DNA of 22,499 bases, the filler included, from an uncultured archaeon (lineage in GTDB: Archaea > Iainarchaeota > Iainarchaeia > Iainarchaeales > 1-14-0-10-31-34): assembly GCA_964442255.1 (NCBI GenBank). It is 6 parts of 6 records of this genome, joined end to end, with 100 filler letters (N's around TTAATTAATTAA, not from the genome) between each part and the next. Parts side by side here need not be neighbours in the genome. Positions count along the whole stretch, not along the records: positions 8,688 to 12,610 come from CAYTYC010000045.1; positions 12,711 to 16,612 come from CAYTYC010000046.1; positions 16,713 to 19,556 come from CAYTYC010000048.1; 3 more parts are not named here. One strand, written 5' to 3'. Shown in pieces: positions 8,588 through 16,982 of this stretch (within the stretch, counting starts at the first letter, position 1; each line of letters starts with the position of its first letter). The notes beneath the pieces are model-generated. The model had not been told where the DNA came from, ran no database searches, and saw only the letters and a list, made by a program, of their open reading frames with translations. Both the position numbers and the translations under genes were made by a program.

Positions 8588-8687
8588 NNNNNNNNNNNNN
8601 NNNNNNNNNNNNNNNNNNNNNNNNNNNNNNNTTAATTAATTAANNNNNNNNNNNNNNNNNNNNNNNNNNNNNNNNNNNNNNNNNNNN

Positions 8688-8742
8688 TGCTCTGCCGCCG
8701 TGAGCAGACGGCGATGAAGACAGATGGGCGGACTGAGGGCGC
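8688..8742 (+). ncRNA. 3' part (C', D guide, D box) of the extended C/D sRNA
   Basis: Exact 55-nt reverse complement of 4522-4576. Probably an assembly overlap with copy 1. Confidence 0.75.
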
Positions 8743-8766
8743 ATTTATTTTTATCGCAACAGCAGT

Positions 8767-9711
8767 TTACTGGATTTTCCGGATTATTTCAAAATCAGTG
8801 CAGAGAACAAAGTCGCCGATTTGCAGATTTGGAATTGAGTTCTTTATTTCAGCGACAGAATGGTTTCTGGCCACTTGGACCCTTGCCCCGTTTGGAAAAA
8901 TTTTCTTGATTTTGCCTTTGTAGGTTTGGTTCACCTGGCGGATTGTTTCGGATAATGCCGCATTGAAAGAGTTTGGCTGGACGCCGAGCAATGTTTCTGC
9001 TTCCTTTATTTCGGCTTGTGAAATTCCTTTCAGGCTTTGGAGTATCTTGTCTTTCCTCAAAACTTCAAACATTTTTGGCGGAGCATTTTCCTCTCTGGCA
9101 AAAAGCAATATTGCGGCGATGTCAGCGATATCCTTTTTCCGCTTGTCTTCTTTCTGCCTTCCCGGCAAGGATTTTGTTTTCATTGCCAGCAAAACCCAGG
9201 GCTTTGGAAGCCAGAGCTTTTTGTTGAATTCATCCAGCTCCGTGCGATTTTCCTTTTTTGCAAAAACATATTCGAGCAGGATTTCGTCAAGAAGCAGTTT
9301 GCGGTTTTTCTCGTCAAGCGATTTCGGAATATAATCAACCAGGAGGTCAACAAACATTTTGTGGATGTCAAAAAGAGGCTTTGCCTGCGCTTCTGCTTTT
9401 GAGAGTTCTTTGCCGGTTTCAAAGTCGAGCTCTTTTACCATTCTACCGCCAACTTCCCTAAAGCCTTCATCTTCAAGCTTTTTCATTGAATGGATAAACG
9501 CGGATTTGGAAAAATCCTTTCCCTCTTCCAAATGAAATCCCAAATCAATATCCCTTGAGCCCAGATAATCCCTGCCAGTGTTAGCCTTGTAATTCTTGTT
9601 GACTGCCAGGAAAATTGCCCAGCCGCCAAGCAGGCAAATCGGCTCTTCCAAAACAGAAACCACTTTTTGCAGATACTCATAAGACCGCGTGGTTTCCCTT
9701 CCGTCGTACAT
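8767..9711 (-). CDS. Nucleotidyltransferase, AbiEii/type IV toxin-like
   Basis: LLGGWAI...SRDIDL, VDLL and LAMK...R...KRKKDIAD motifs. Coupled to the upstream gene by a TAATG overlap. Confidence 0.75.
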   Translation of the reverse strand: MYDGRETTRSYEYLQKVVSVLEEPICLLGGWAIFLAVNKNYKANTGRDYLGSRDIDLGFHLEEGKDFSKSAFIHSMKKLEDEGFREVGGRMVKELDFETGKELSKAEAQAKPLFDIHKMFVDLLVDYIPKSLDEKNRKLLLDEILLEYVFAKKENRTELDEFNKKLWLPKPWVLLAMKTKSLPGRQKEDKRKKDIADIAAILLFAREENAPPKMFEVLRKDKILQSLKGISQAEIKEAETLLGVQPNSFNAALSETIRQVNQTYKGKIKKIFPNGARVQVARNHSVAEIKNSIPNLQIGDFVLCTDFEIIRKIQ

Positions 9712-10388
9712 TATTCTTTCCCCTTCAAGGTCTTCACGAGCTTTTCCAAAAGCATGTCAGCAGCCTCGGCAGCAGGCCCGCCTTCGGCATACAAATCAGA
9801 AATCAATTGGGGAAGATTGACAAGCCAGGGACCTTCACTCTCTTTTTTGTGTTTGCCCTTCTTCGCATCAAAAAATTTCTCGCCCGCTATTTTGCCATGT
9901 ATTCGTTTCTTGTTGAAAAGCTCATCATTTAAAGAAACAATAATCCGAACATTCCCGCCGCCATAGGTCCCGATTGCAGTTAATTGCTTGTGCCAATCTT
10001 CCAAGTCTTCCTTTTTTATGTAAGCCTCTGTCCGATGGCTGAACAAGTGCTTTTGCAGGATGTTCTCGGCAATATAAGTCGTGAAAGCATATTCCTTGTT
10101 GGATTTTTTGAACAGGTCAATCAATTTGTCCACGTTGTCAAGCGAATAAATAGAGTAGCTTCTCGAAATTGTCTTCTTGGGCCGGAGATTATGGAACAAC
10201 TCAAACAAACCCTTGGGATTAACCACTTTGCGGTCTTTTACAAGCTCTTTCTTTTCAAGCTTCTTAATTACATTAATTGCCCATGTGGGCGTACTTCCGG
10301 CATCTTTAGCAAGCCTGTATTTGCTCTCCAGCTTGTATTCCGGGTCAAGAAGGAGCGTAAGCATCCTCTTCATCTTGGTTCTAGCCAT
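9711..10388 (-). CDS. HTH-containing AbiEi/type IV antitoxin-like regulator
   Basis: N-terminal wHTH (KYRLAKDAGSTPTWAINVIKKLEKKELV), YAFT, GNV and VNLPQLISDLY..GG...EAA patterns. Upstream of the NTase. Confidence 0.72.
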   Translation of the reverse strand: MARTKMKRMLTLLLDPEYKLESKYRLAKDAGSTPTWAINVIKKLEKKELVKDRKVVNPKGLFELFHNLRPKKTISRSYSIYSLDNVDKLIDLFKKSNKEYAFTTYIAENILQKHLFSHRTEAYIKKEDLEDWHKQLTAIGTYGGGNVRIIVSLNDELFNKKRIHGKIAGEKFFDAKKGKHKKESEGPWLVNLPQLISDLYAEGGPAAEAADMLLEKLVKTLKGKE

Positions 10389-10399
10389 AAAAAAACCCA

Positions 10400-10515
10400 A
10401 TATATAACTAACTCAAACTATTTATAAATAGAAGTTATATATAACTAACTCAAACTATTTATAAATAGAAGTTATATATAACCAATTAAAGATCTTTATA
10501 AATCTCAGTTATATA
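10400..10515. repeat. 37-bp tandem array (2 exact units plus 1 degenerate) of palindromes; putative operator/promoter
   Basis: Unit ATATATAACTAACTCAAACTATTTATAAATAGAAGTT at 10400 and 10437, degenerate at 10474. Contains the perfect palindromes CTATTTATAAATAG and AGTTATATATAACT. Confidence 0.9.
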
Positions 10516-10740
10516 CCTGCCAAACAGATAAATTATAACGGTTCCGGTCAGGCACAAACCAGCCTTTGGCTTGCGACCGAATTTTAACCACTTTGCACAT
10601 AAAGAGCTTCTGTATTGGCAAGTTTTGCCCAAGGATTGTAGTAACATCTATAACTCGTATGAATGTTCAACTGACTTAATCCAAGGCGTTAACCCCACAG
10701 AAACGTTATATTTAAATATTTTGTGGGGTTAACTGTTTGT

Positions 10741-11682
10741 ATGGTTTATTTCTCCGAGAAAAAGATTAAAGGGAAAAAATACCTTTACGCAATCCACTCG
10801 GTCAGGCTGCAGAACGGAAAAATCGCCAAGCTAAGCAGGCGGGTTGAAAAAAAGTCGGTTACGCCCGAGCTCCGGAAGTACTTCTCCGAAAAGGAAGCGG
10901 AGGCCAGGGAAAAGAATGCGCTTGAGGTGTTTGAGGCGGACAGCGTTTTTTCAGGGGAACAACTGCTTAAGCTGGAGAAAACAAGGCAGGAATTCAAGAA
11001 AATCCTGAAAAGACTTTCAAAAAAACAGCTGCAGGACTTGTTTGACCGCTTCACGGTTAACTTCACTTACGAGTCAAACGCGTTGGAGGGAAACTCCCTT
11101 ACACTGAAAGATGTTGCAATTGTGATGTTTGAAAACCGCATGATAAAGGACAGGGATTTACGGGAAATTTATGAGACAAGAAACTCCAGGAAAGTAGTTG
11201 ACCTGATTCTGAAAAAGAAGTTCAGGGCAACGGAAAAGGACGCCATCAAAATGCATAAAATGCTTGTAAAAGACATGGACATAGCAACAGGCTACAAAAA
11301 GGTGCCGAATTATTTGCTTGGAAGCAATCTTGAAACAACTCCGCCTGAAGAAATCGGAAAGGAAATGGGAAAACTCTTTAAATGGTTTAAAAAAGAGAAA
11401 AAAATGCATCCCCTGCAGAAGGCGGCGCATTTCCATGGCCGGTTTGAAAAAATCCACCCATTTGAGGACGGAAACGGCAGGGTTGGAAGGTTTCTGATAA
11501 ATGTTTCCTTAATAACCGAGGGCTATGCGCCGCTTATAGTGAGAAAAAGCCAGCGGACAGCCTACCTGAAATGCCTGCAGGACTTTGACAACTCCTACAC
11601 GCAAAACCTTGAAAGATTCCTTTTGGACAAGTACAAGAAAACCTTCGAAAAATTCTTCCAAACCTACATGAAATACATTTAG
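10741..11682 (+). CDS. Fic-family protein with an N-terminal inhibitory motif (class II-like)
   Basis: Canonical HPFEDGNGRVGR motif, preceded by SNALEGN, which fits (S/T)xxxE(G/N). Confidence 0.93.
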   Translation: MVYFSEKKIKGKKYLYAIHSVRLQNGKIAKLSRRVEKKSVTPELRKYFSEKEAEAREKNALEVFEADSVFSGEQLLKLEKTRQEFKKILKRLSKKQLQDLFDRFTVNFTYESNALEGNSLTLKDVAIVMFENRMIKDRDLREIYETRNSRKVVDLILKKKFRATEKDAIKMHKMLVKDMDIATGYKKVPNYLLGSNLETTPPEEIGKEMGKLFKWFKKEKKMHPLQKAAHFHGRFEKIHPFEDGNGRVGRFLINVSLITEGYAPLIVRKSQRTAYLKCLQDFDNSYTQNLERFLLDKYKKTFEKFFQTYMKYI

Positions 11683-11749
11683 GAGCGGTTGCAAAAAAAT
11701 AGGCACAGCTTTCCCAAGTGCCAGATAGCCGGAACGACACAACATCATC

Positions 11750-12350
11750 TTAATCAGCTTTCCTTCCTTTTAATTTAGTTGTTTTTTTAAGATATGCAAT
11801 ACCGCCGTGCTTTTTTGAAGCCCGCCTTCTAGATTCAATTAACGCCTGATGAACATCCGGCGCATATCTTACTGCATACGATTTTTCTTCCCTAGTCTGT
11901 TTTATGGCGTCCTTCAATCTCTTTCGTGTCAATTCACCCCCATAAAAGCAATTGATATCCGGCTTCCAAAGGGAAATTACCTGTCTCGTGAATGATAGTT
12001 CCCTAACTAAGTTGCTGGTGTCAAGTGGAAGCCAATTAATCTGCAAACCAACTCGTTTCTCAAGCGCTTCAGCAATACTTTCATAGAATTTCTTGGGCCT
12101 GTCGCCAACATACCTCCCCCCTATGCGCGCGTTCATCAACCATTATAAGAACATCAACGTCTTTATGCAAAATATCAGGAACAGTTCCAAAAACCAAAAC
12201 CCCCTTCAAAGAAGGGTCTTTCGCCATTATTGGGTCAACGACTTCTTTTATGCCTTCTAAAACAGGTTCAAAATGAGGCCGGTCACTCCTCAGTCTTCTG
12301 CCCATCCGCACCCAGCTTTTTTGGAATGCTCCCAGCTTTCTCTTCCGCAT
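11750..12350 (-). pseudogene. Minimal nucleotidyltransferase (MNT)-like gene with a frameshift
   Basis: ORF 12081-12350 has GVLVFGT...KDVDVLI. ORF 11750-12139 has IAEALEKRVGLQINWLPL, resembling the MNT LE..LG..VDLV segment. Removing one G from the G6 run at 12116-12121 fuses them. Confidence 0.62.
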
Positions 12351-12530
12351 AACAGATAATTAGTTCCCTTGTTTTTAAGGCTTTGCAACCCCCCTTGCAG
12401 CAGCACCTCCATTTATAAAGACCCCAAATCCGCTTTAGGCATAATAACAGATGTCCCGATTCCATTCAAATTGTCCCGCAAATGTCCCGAAAATAATGGC
12501 ATTAAAACCTTTCCTCCAACAGTTTATAGT

Positions 12531-12610
12531 GCGGCCTTGATGAGCTGACGATGACACTGAGCCGGCTTAATGCGAGCGAAAGCGAGCCAGTCCTGTTGAA
12601 AACAGGGTGC
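12531..12610 (+). ncRNA. Extended box C/D sRNA, copy 2 (5' part, cut by the contig end)
   Basis: TGATGA 12538-12543, guide GCTGACGATGACA, D' CTGA 12557-12560. Differs from copy 1 at 2 positions and has a different upstream flank. Confidence 0.75.
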
Positions 12611-12710
12611 NNNNNNNNNNNNNNNNNNNNNNNNNNNNNNNNNNNNNNNNNNNNTTAATTAATTAANNNNNNNNNNNNNNNNNNNNNNNNNNNNNNNNNN
12701 NNNNNNNNNN

Positions 12711-12884
12711 TTGGGTGAATTGCAGAAAAACTGCATTCTACTGAACTCGTCAAAAAACGAAAAAATGCTGAAAAGGCATATTTTAAGCTGCAGGCAAAAA
12801 CAACTGTGCGGGTTTTTGGGAATCGACGAAGAGAAACATTTAAATGCCCTTCAAATTCTGAAATGCTTAAACAAAATTTTCTGA
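12711..12884 (+). CDS. 3' end of an unknown gene upstream in the hemA-like operon
   Basis: 57 open codons from the contig edge, ending 12 nt before the next start. Confidence 0.5.
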   Translation: MGELQKNCILLNSSKNEKMLKRHILSCRQKQLCGFLGIDEEKHLNALQILKCLNKIF

Positions 12885-12896
12885 AGGCGAAAACTT

Positions 12897-14117
12897 GTGA
12901 ACCGCTTTATAAGCCTGTCAGCTGACTTAAACCGGTTAAAAATTGGTTCGTTGGGCGACATCGGCTTTAGTGAGGTCGGCGAGGCGCTGCTGAAGCTGAA
13001 GGAACTGCCAGTAGTCCGGGAATCCATGATTGTGCAAAAATGCAATTGCACTGAGCTGTATGCCCTGGCCAAAGGCAGTGCAGACGGGGAACTGACTGAA
13101 GATTTAATGGAATTCTGGGAAAAAAATTCAGCGGATTTCAGGCAGGAGTACAGGGACTTGATTAGCGTAAGGCTCGACGAGGACGCAATAAGGCACTTGT
13201 TTGAGACTGCAGTGGGGCTGAAAAGCGTAACAGTGGGGGACGCGCAGGTGTATGGCCAGATAAGGAAGGCATTCAAAATATCCAATGAATGCGGAGCCTC
13301 TGGGCCGTTTCTAAAAACTTTACAGTACCACGTAAAGAAACTCTCGAAAAAAATTGATGATTCCACCAACTTTAGGCGCGGAAAGACTTCAGTCCCAAGG
13401 GTTGTTGCGGACATTATAAAAGACAGGTGCGGGAATGTGAACGTATTGGTTGTGGGCCTGGGGAAAATGGGTTCCCTTCTGGCGAAAGTATTGTCTGACA
13501 TGGGATATTGTGTGACAATAACGGACTTGAATGAAAGCAAATCTAAGAGTTTGTCAGTAAAGTATGGCTGCAGCTGCCGGGAACTGAAAGACTTGCCCAA
13601 GGCAATCGAAGAATCCGGTGTCGTTGTTTTTGCCACAAACAAAAAACACTTAATCAACAAAGGCAATCTGCAGGAAATTTCCTCTAAAAGCGGGAGCCCT
13701 GTTTTTGTTGACATCGGAAACCCGCCTAACATCGACCCGGACCTGCAAAACAGAATAAAAATAATCAACATGGACGCCATAGGCGACTACGCCAGGCGAA
13801 CACACGGCAACAGGCTGTCGGCATCCTCTAAAGTCAACAGGCTGATTAGTGATGAGGTGAGGAAGGCGGAGGCTTCCCTTTGCGTTAAATCCTTGTTCAA
13901 GGAGCTGAATTCCTTTGGCGCCAGAGAATCCAAAAAACTCCTTGACAGAATACTGTCCAAAGGGTTTTTCACAAAGTTTACCAGCGGGCGGGAGTTCCGG
14001 AAAATGGGGAAAGATTCTGACAAGCTGCAGTATTTGCTGAAAAAAAACATTTCAAACACAGTGTTTCTTGAAAAATTCAAGTATTATGTAAGGCAAATGG
14101 GGGACGAAAATGCGTGA
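12897..14117 (+). CDS. hemA: Glutamyl-tRNA reductase (HemA)-like protein, divergent
   Basis: KCNCTELY, HLFETAVGLKSVTVGDAQVYGQIRKAF, VVGLGKMG and VDIGNPPNID align with the HemA motif order. Confidence 0.8.
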   Translation: MNRFISLSADLNRLKIGSLGDIGFSEVGEALLKLKELPVVRESMIVQKCNCTELYALAKGSADGELTEDLMEFWEKNSADFRQEYRDLISVRLDEDAIRHLFETAVGLKSVTVGDAQVYGQIRKAFKISNECGASGPFLKTLQYHVKKLSKKIDDSTNFRRGKTSVPRVVADIIKDRCGNVNVLVVGLGKMGSLLAKVLSDMGYCVTITDLNESKSKSLSVKYGCSCRELKDLPKAIEESGVVVFATNKKHLINKGNLQEISSKSGSPVFVDIGNPPNIDPDLQNRIKIINMDAIGDYARRTHGNRLSASSKVNRLISDEVRKAEASLCVKSLFKELNSFGARESKKLLDRILSKGFFTKFTSGREFRKMGKDSDKLQYLLKKNISNTVFLEKFKYYVRQMGDENA

Positions 14118-14159
14118 AGCATTAAGATGTTTTGGTGTTAACTGTTACGGGGAGATGAA

Positions 14160-15005
14160 GTGAAACTAATGTTTCTTGGTTCAGGCGCCTGGGAAGGGAT
14201 TCCCGCACCGTTTTGCGGCTGCAGGGTCTGCGGGATTGCAAGGGAAAACCCATATTCAAGGGACAGCAGGACGAGAACCTCTATCCGGGTAACCGTTGGC
14301 AGGGAAAGCTTTTTGATTGAGTTAAGCCCTGACATCAGGCTTCAGTCCGTAATGCATGGACTGCGGCCCGTAAGTGATTTTGTTGTAAGCCATTGGCATT
14401 TTGACCACCTGTACGGGCTGCTGGAGCTGCAGGCGCGGGCAGAGTTCGCCAAAAAGCCGGTGCTGTACTGTTCACAAAAAACGGCTGACTGGATTGAAGG
14501 AAACTTTTCTCACATAAAAAAAAGAATTGTTGTCTTAAAGCCGTTTCAGGCATTCAAACTGAAAGGCCTGAAAATAACCCCTTTTCCGGTTTACCATATG
14601 TTTCAGGAGGATGAAGGCTTGTCTGCCAGCGAGCTTGAGAACACTTTCGGTTTTCTGCTGGAAAACGGAAGCAAAAAAATAGCTTACCTGGCGGATTACT
14701 TTAAAATCCCGGAAGAGTCTGCTGACTTGGTCAGGGGCTCCGACATTTTGATTGCGGACGGGACTTATTTGTTTGAAGAGCATTTCCCAAAAAAACCACA
14801 ACAGAATGCGGGGAAGCAAGATAAAAACCATTTGCACGGGAAAAAAATTCTTGACACAGTTAATGCCCTTGACCCAAAGCAGGCGATCTTCCATAGCATC
14901 TCGCATTTGACTGAGAAAACCAATAAAGAACTGCAGAAAATGCTGCCTAAAGGAATGACATGCGCTTACGACGGAATGGAAATAAGCCGGGGCGGTTCAG
15001 GGTGA
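14160..15005 (+). CDS. Metallo-beta-lactamase-fold hydrolase, PhnP-like
   Basis: FLGSG..GIP..CGCRVC zinc motif, RTRTS, SHWHFDHLYG, V.H, ADGT, NHL and HSISH. Confidence 0.9.
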   Translation: MKLMFLGSGAWEGIPAPFCGCRVCGIARENPYSRDSRTRTSIRVTVGRESFLIELSPDIRLQSVMHGLRPVSDFVVSHWHFDHLYGLLELQARAEFAKKPVLYCSQKTADWIEGNFSHIKKRIVVLKPFQAFKLKGLKITPFPVYHMFQEDEGLSASELENTFGFLLENGSKKIAYLADYFKIPEESADLVRGSDILIADGTYLFEEHFPKKPQQNAGKQDKNHLHGKKILDTVNALDPKQAIFHSISHLTEKTNKELQKMLPKGMTCAYDGMEISRGGSG

Positions 15006-16204
15006 AATTTAAAAACAGCCTGTTTCCTGCAAACCTTCATTTTGGCGAAGGGATTCTGGGAGAAATAGCAGGGGAAATAAGGCTGCACGGCGACAATGCG
15101 TTAATTGTTCCCGCAAAGGACAGCATGAAAAGGCTCGGATTTTTGGATAAACTCATTGAGACACTCGAGTATGGGCGCATAAAAACCGCTGTCTTTGAGG
15201 GAGCAGGCCAGAACCCGACATCAGGGGAAGTTGACAAAGGAGTAAAGGCTGCTTTGGATAATGGTTCCAATGTTGTTGTGGCGCTTGGCGGGGGTTCAGC
15301 CATTGACACAGCCAAGGGAATAGCGGTTGGGGCAACGCATTTTGAGGAAGGCGTTTCAACCATCTGGGATTTTGTGCCTGTCGGCGGAAAAAGCCCGCAG
15401 CCCGTAACCGCTAAAACCCTGCCTGTGGTTGCGGTTCCCTCAACTTCAGGCACAGGCAGCCACGTTACCCCGTACTTTGTCATAACAAACCCGAAAACGC
15501 ATGAAAAGCCTGGAGTATATAGCCCCCATGTTGTCCCAAAGGTTTCGGTGGTTGACATTGACATTGTTTCAACAATGCCCAAACAGCTTACCGCTGTCAC
15601 AGGATTTGACGCTTTAAGCCATGCAATGGAGTCTTTTGCAGCCAAAGGCGAACACCCAATATCAGACTTATTTGCGCTGAAGTCAGTTGAGCTTATCTCC
15701 AAGAATCTGGAGGAAGCCTGCAGCAACGGAGACAACAGGTCTGCAAGGGCAAATATGGCTTTGGCTGACACCCTGGCCGGGCTGGCTATCTCAACGTCCC
15801 GGAGCATCCTTCCGCATTCAATGGCGCATTCCATAAGCGGGCATTACCCCGGGATTCAGCATGGGCAGGCCGTGGCGTGCATGACAATTCCGGTTATGGG
15901 ATTTAACCTTGGGGCCAATGATTTGAATGCAGTTACGGAAAAGTATTCCCGGATTGCGGAGGCATTCGGCAGGCGCGGAAAAAACAGGAAGGACCTGGCA
16001 CTGAAATCAGTTGAAGCCGTGCTGGAATTGCAGGAGAAAATCGGTGTCCGGAAGACACTGGCAGACATAGGCGTGGACAGAATAAAAATCAGCGCAATGG
16101 CTGATGATGCATTTAGGGTAATGCGCTCAGGCATTGAAAGAAACCCAAGGGCAGCGGAAAAGAGTGACCTGGTTAAAATATGCGAAGAGGCATTTGAAGG
16201 CTAG
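15002..16204 (+). CDS. Iron-containing alcohol dehydrogenase
   Basis: GGGSAIDTAK, PSTSGTGS, DALSHAME, HSMAH and HG motifs. GTG start overlaps the upstream TGA (GTGA). Confidence 0.93.
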   Translation: MKFKNSLFPANLHFGEGILGEIAGEIRLHGDNALIVPAKDSMKRLGFLDKLIETLEYGRIKTAVFEGAGQNPTSGEVDKGVKAALDNGSNVVVALGGGSAIDTAKGIAVGATHFEEGVSTIWDFVPVGGKSPQPVTAKTLPVVAVPSTSGTGSHVTPYFVITNPKTHEKPGVYSPHVVPKVSVVDIDIVSTMPKQLTAVTGFDALSHAMESFAAKGEHPISDLFALKSVELISKNLEEACSNGDNRSARANMALADTLAGLAISTSRSILPHSMAHSISGHYPGIQHGQAVACMTIPVMGFNLGANDLNAVTEKYSRIAEAFGRRGKNRKDLALKSVEAVLELQEKIGVRKTLADIGVDRIKISAMADDAFRVMRSGIERNPRAAEKSDLVKICEEAFEG

Positions 16205-16814
16205 CTTGCCAAGGGCATTGGATAGTAGCATTATTTGTGGTTTGCGGATTTATCCTTTGAAATGCAGAATGTAAAAGCTTTTTTTATTCAAAGTTAGCGT
16301 ATTCTGATGGCTTTTTGCTTGATTTTCCAAAAAGCCGCAGCGTAGGCAGAAACCCAAAACCCCTAAAAAAAGCCAAGAAATGGCTGAAAAAGAAAAGTTT
16401 ACAAAAAACAGAGATAATTTATCAGCAAAGCCGGAAACCGTTTTTTTTCCATGAAAATTCTGCAGCGACGGCAGTGCAACAGCCAAAAAAACCGCAATTT
16501 TTTTTTAAATCCGCTTATTTGTTTTTTCGTCAAAAAACGAAAAAAAGTCTTTGGGGCTATGTTTAAATATACTTTAATAAGAGATATATTAGCTTTACCC
16601 AATTCCTGAGGTNNNNNNNNNNNNNNNNNNNNNNNNNNNNNNNNNNNNNNNNNNNNTTAATTAATTAANNNNNNNNNNNNNNNNNNNNNNNNNNNNNNNN
16701 NNNNNNNNNNNNCCATTGAATGGGGGTTGAAAGCCTTAAGTTCCTTTGCAGGGGGCGGATTTCCTGTGAAAAATGTGTGAGAAAAGCGGTTTTTTAATCC
16801 TCGTTATGTATATT

Positions 16815-16913
16815 TCATTCCTGCATTTTCCTGTATAGTTCGGGAAACTTTTTCTGGTATTTTTTCACGTATCCCCCGCACCACCCGAACTTGTGTGCTT
16901 TCACGGTCTTCAT
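16815..16913 (-). CDS. Possible 32-aa small protein
   Basis: MKTVKAHKFGWCGGYVKKYQKKFPELYRKMQE*, with a GGGGGGA RBS-like run and an AT-rich box upstream. Confidence 0.35.
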   Translation of the reverse strand: MKTVKAHKFGWCGGYVKKYQKKFPELYRKMQE

Positions 16914-16982
16914 TCAATCCCCCCCATAAAACTGCGCCTTCACGCTTAATAATATTTTTTGGTTGAATTATTCTTATTTGAA

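Noticed and set aside
10400..10515. Possible CRISPR array
   Set aside because: Units are head-to-tail with no unique spacers, and no cas genes are present.
10541..10582. CGGTC...GACCG stem between the TA pair and the Fic gene
   Set aside because: Short, single-copy and compatible with chance.
12611..12897. Linking the hemA-like operon to the sRNA-flanked island
   Set aside because: They are separated by an artificial linker, and contigs appear ordered by size rather than genome position.
12851..13780. 309-aa antisense ORF (also 15037-15834, 5682-6209 and similar)
   Set aside because: Shadow frames opposite well-supported genes.
16250..16612. Several short ORFs after the Fe-ADH gene
   Set aside because: Low-complexity A/T-run sequence that is more likely terminator and promoter DNA.
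16730..16765. GGCGGATTTCC resembling the family B right arm
   Set aside because: The match is too short and the matching left arm is missing.
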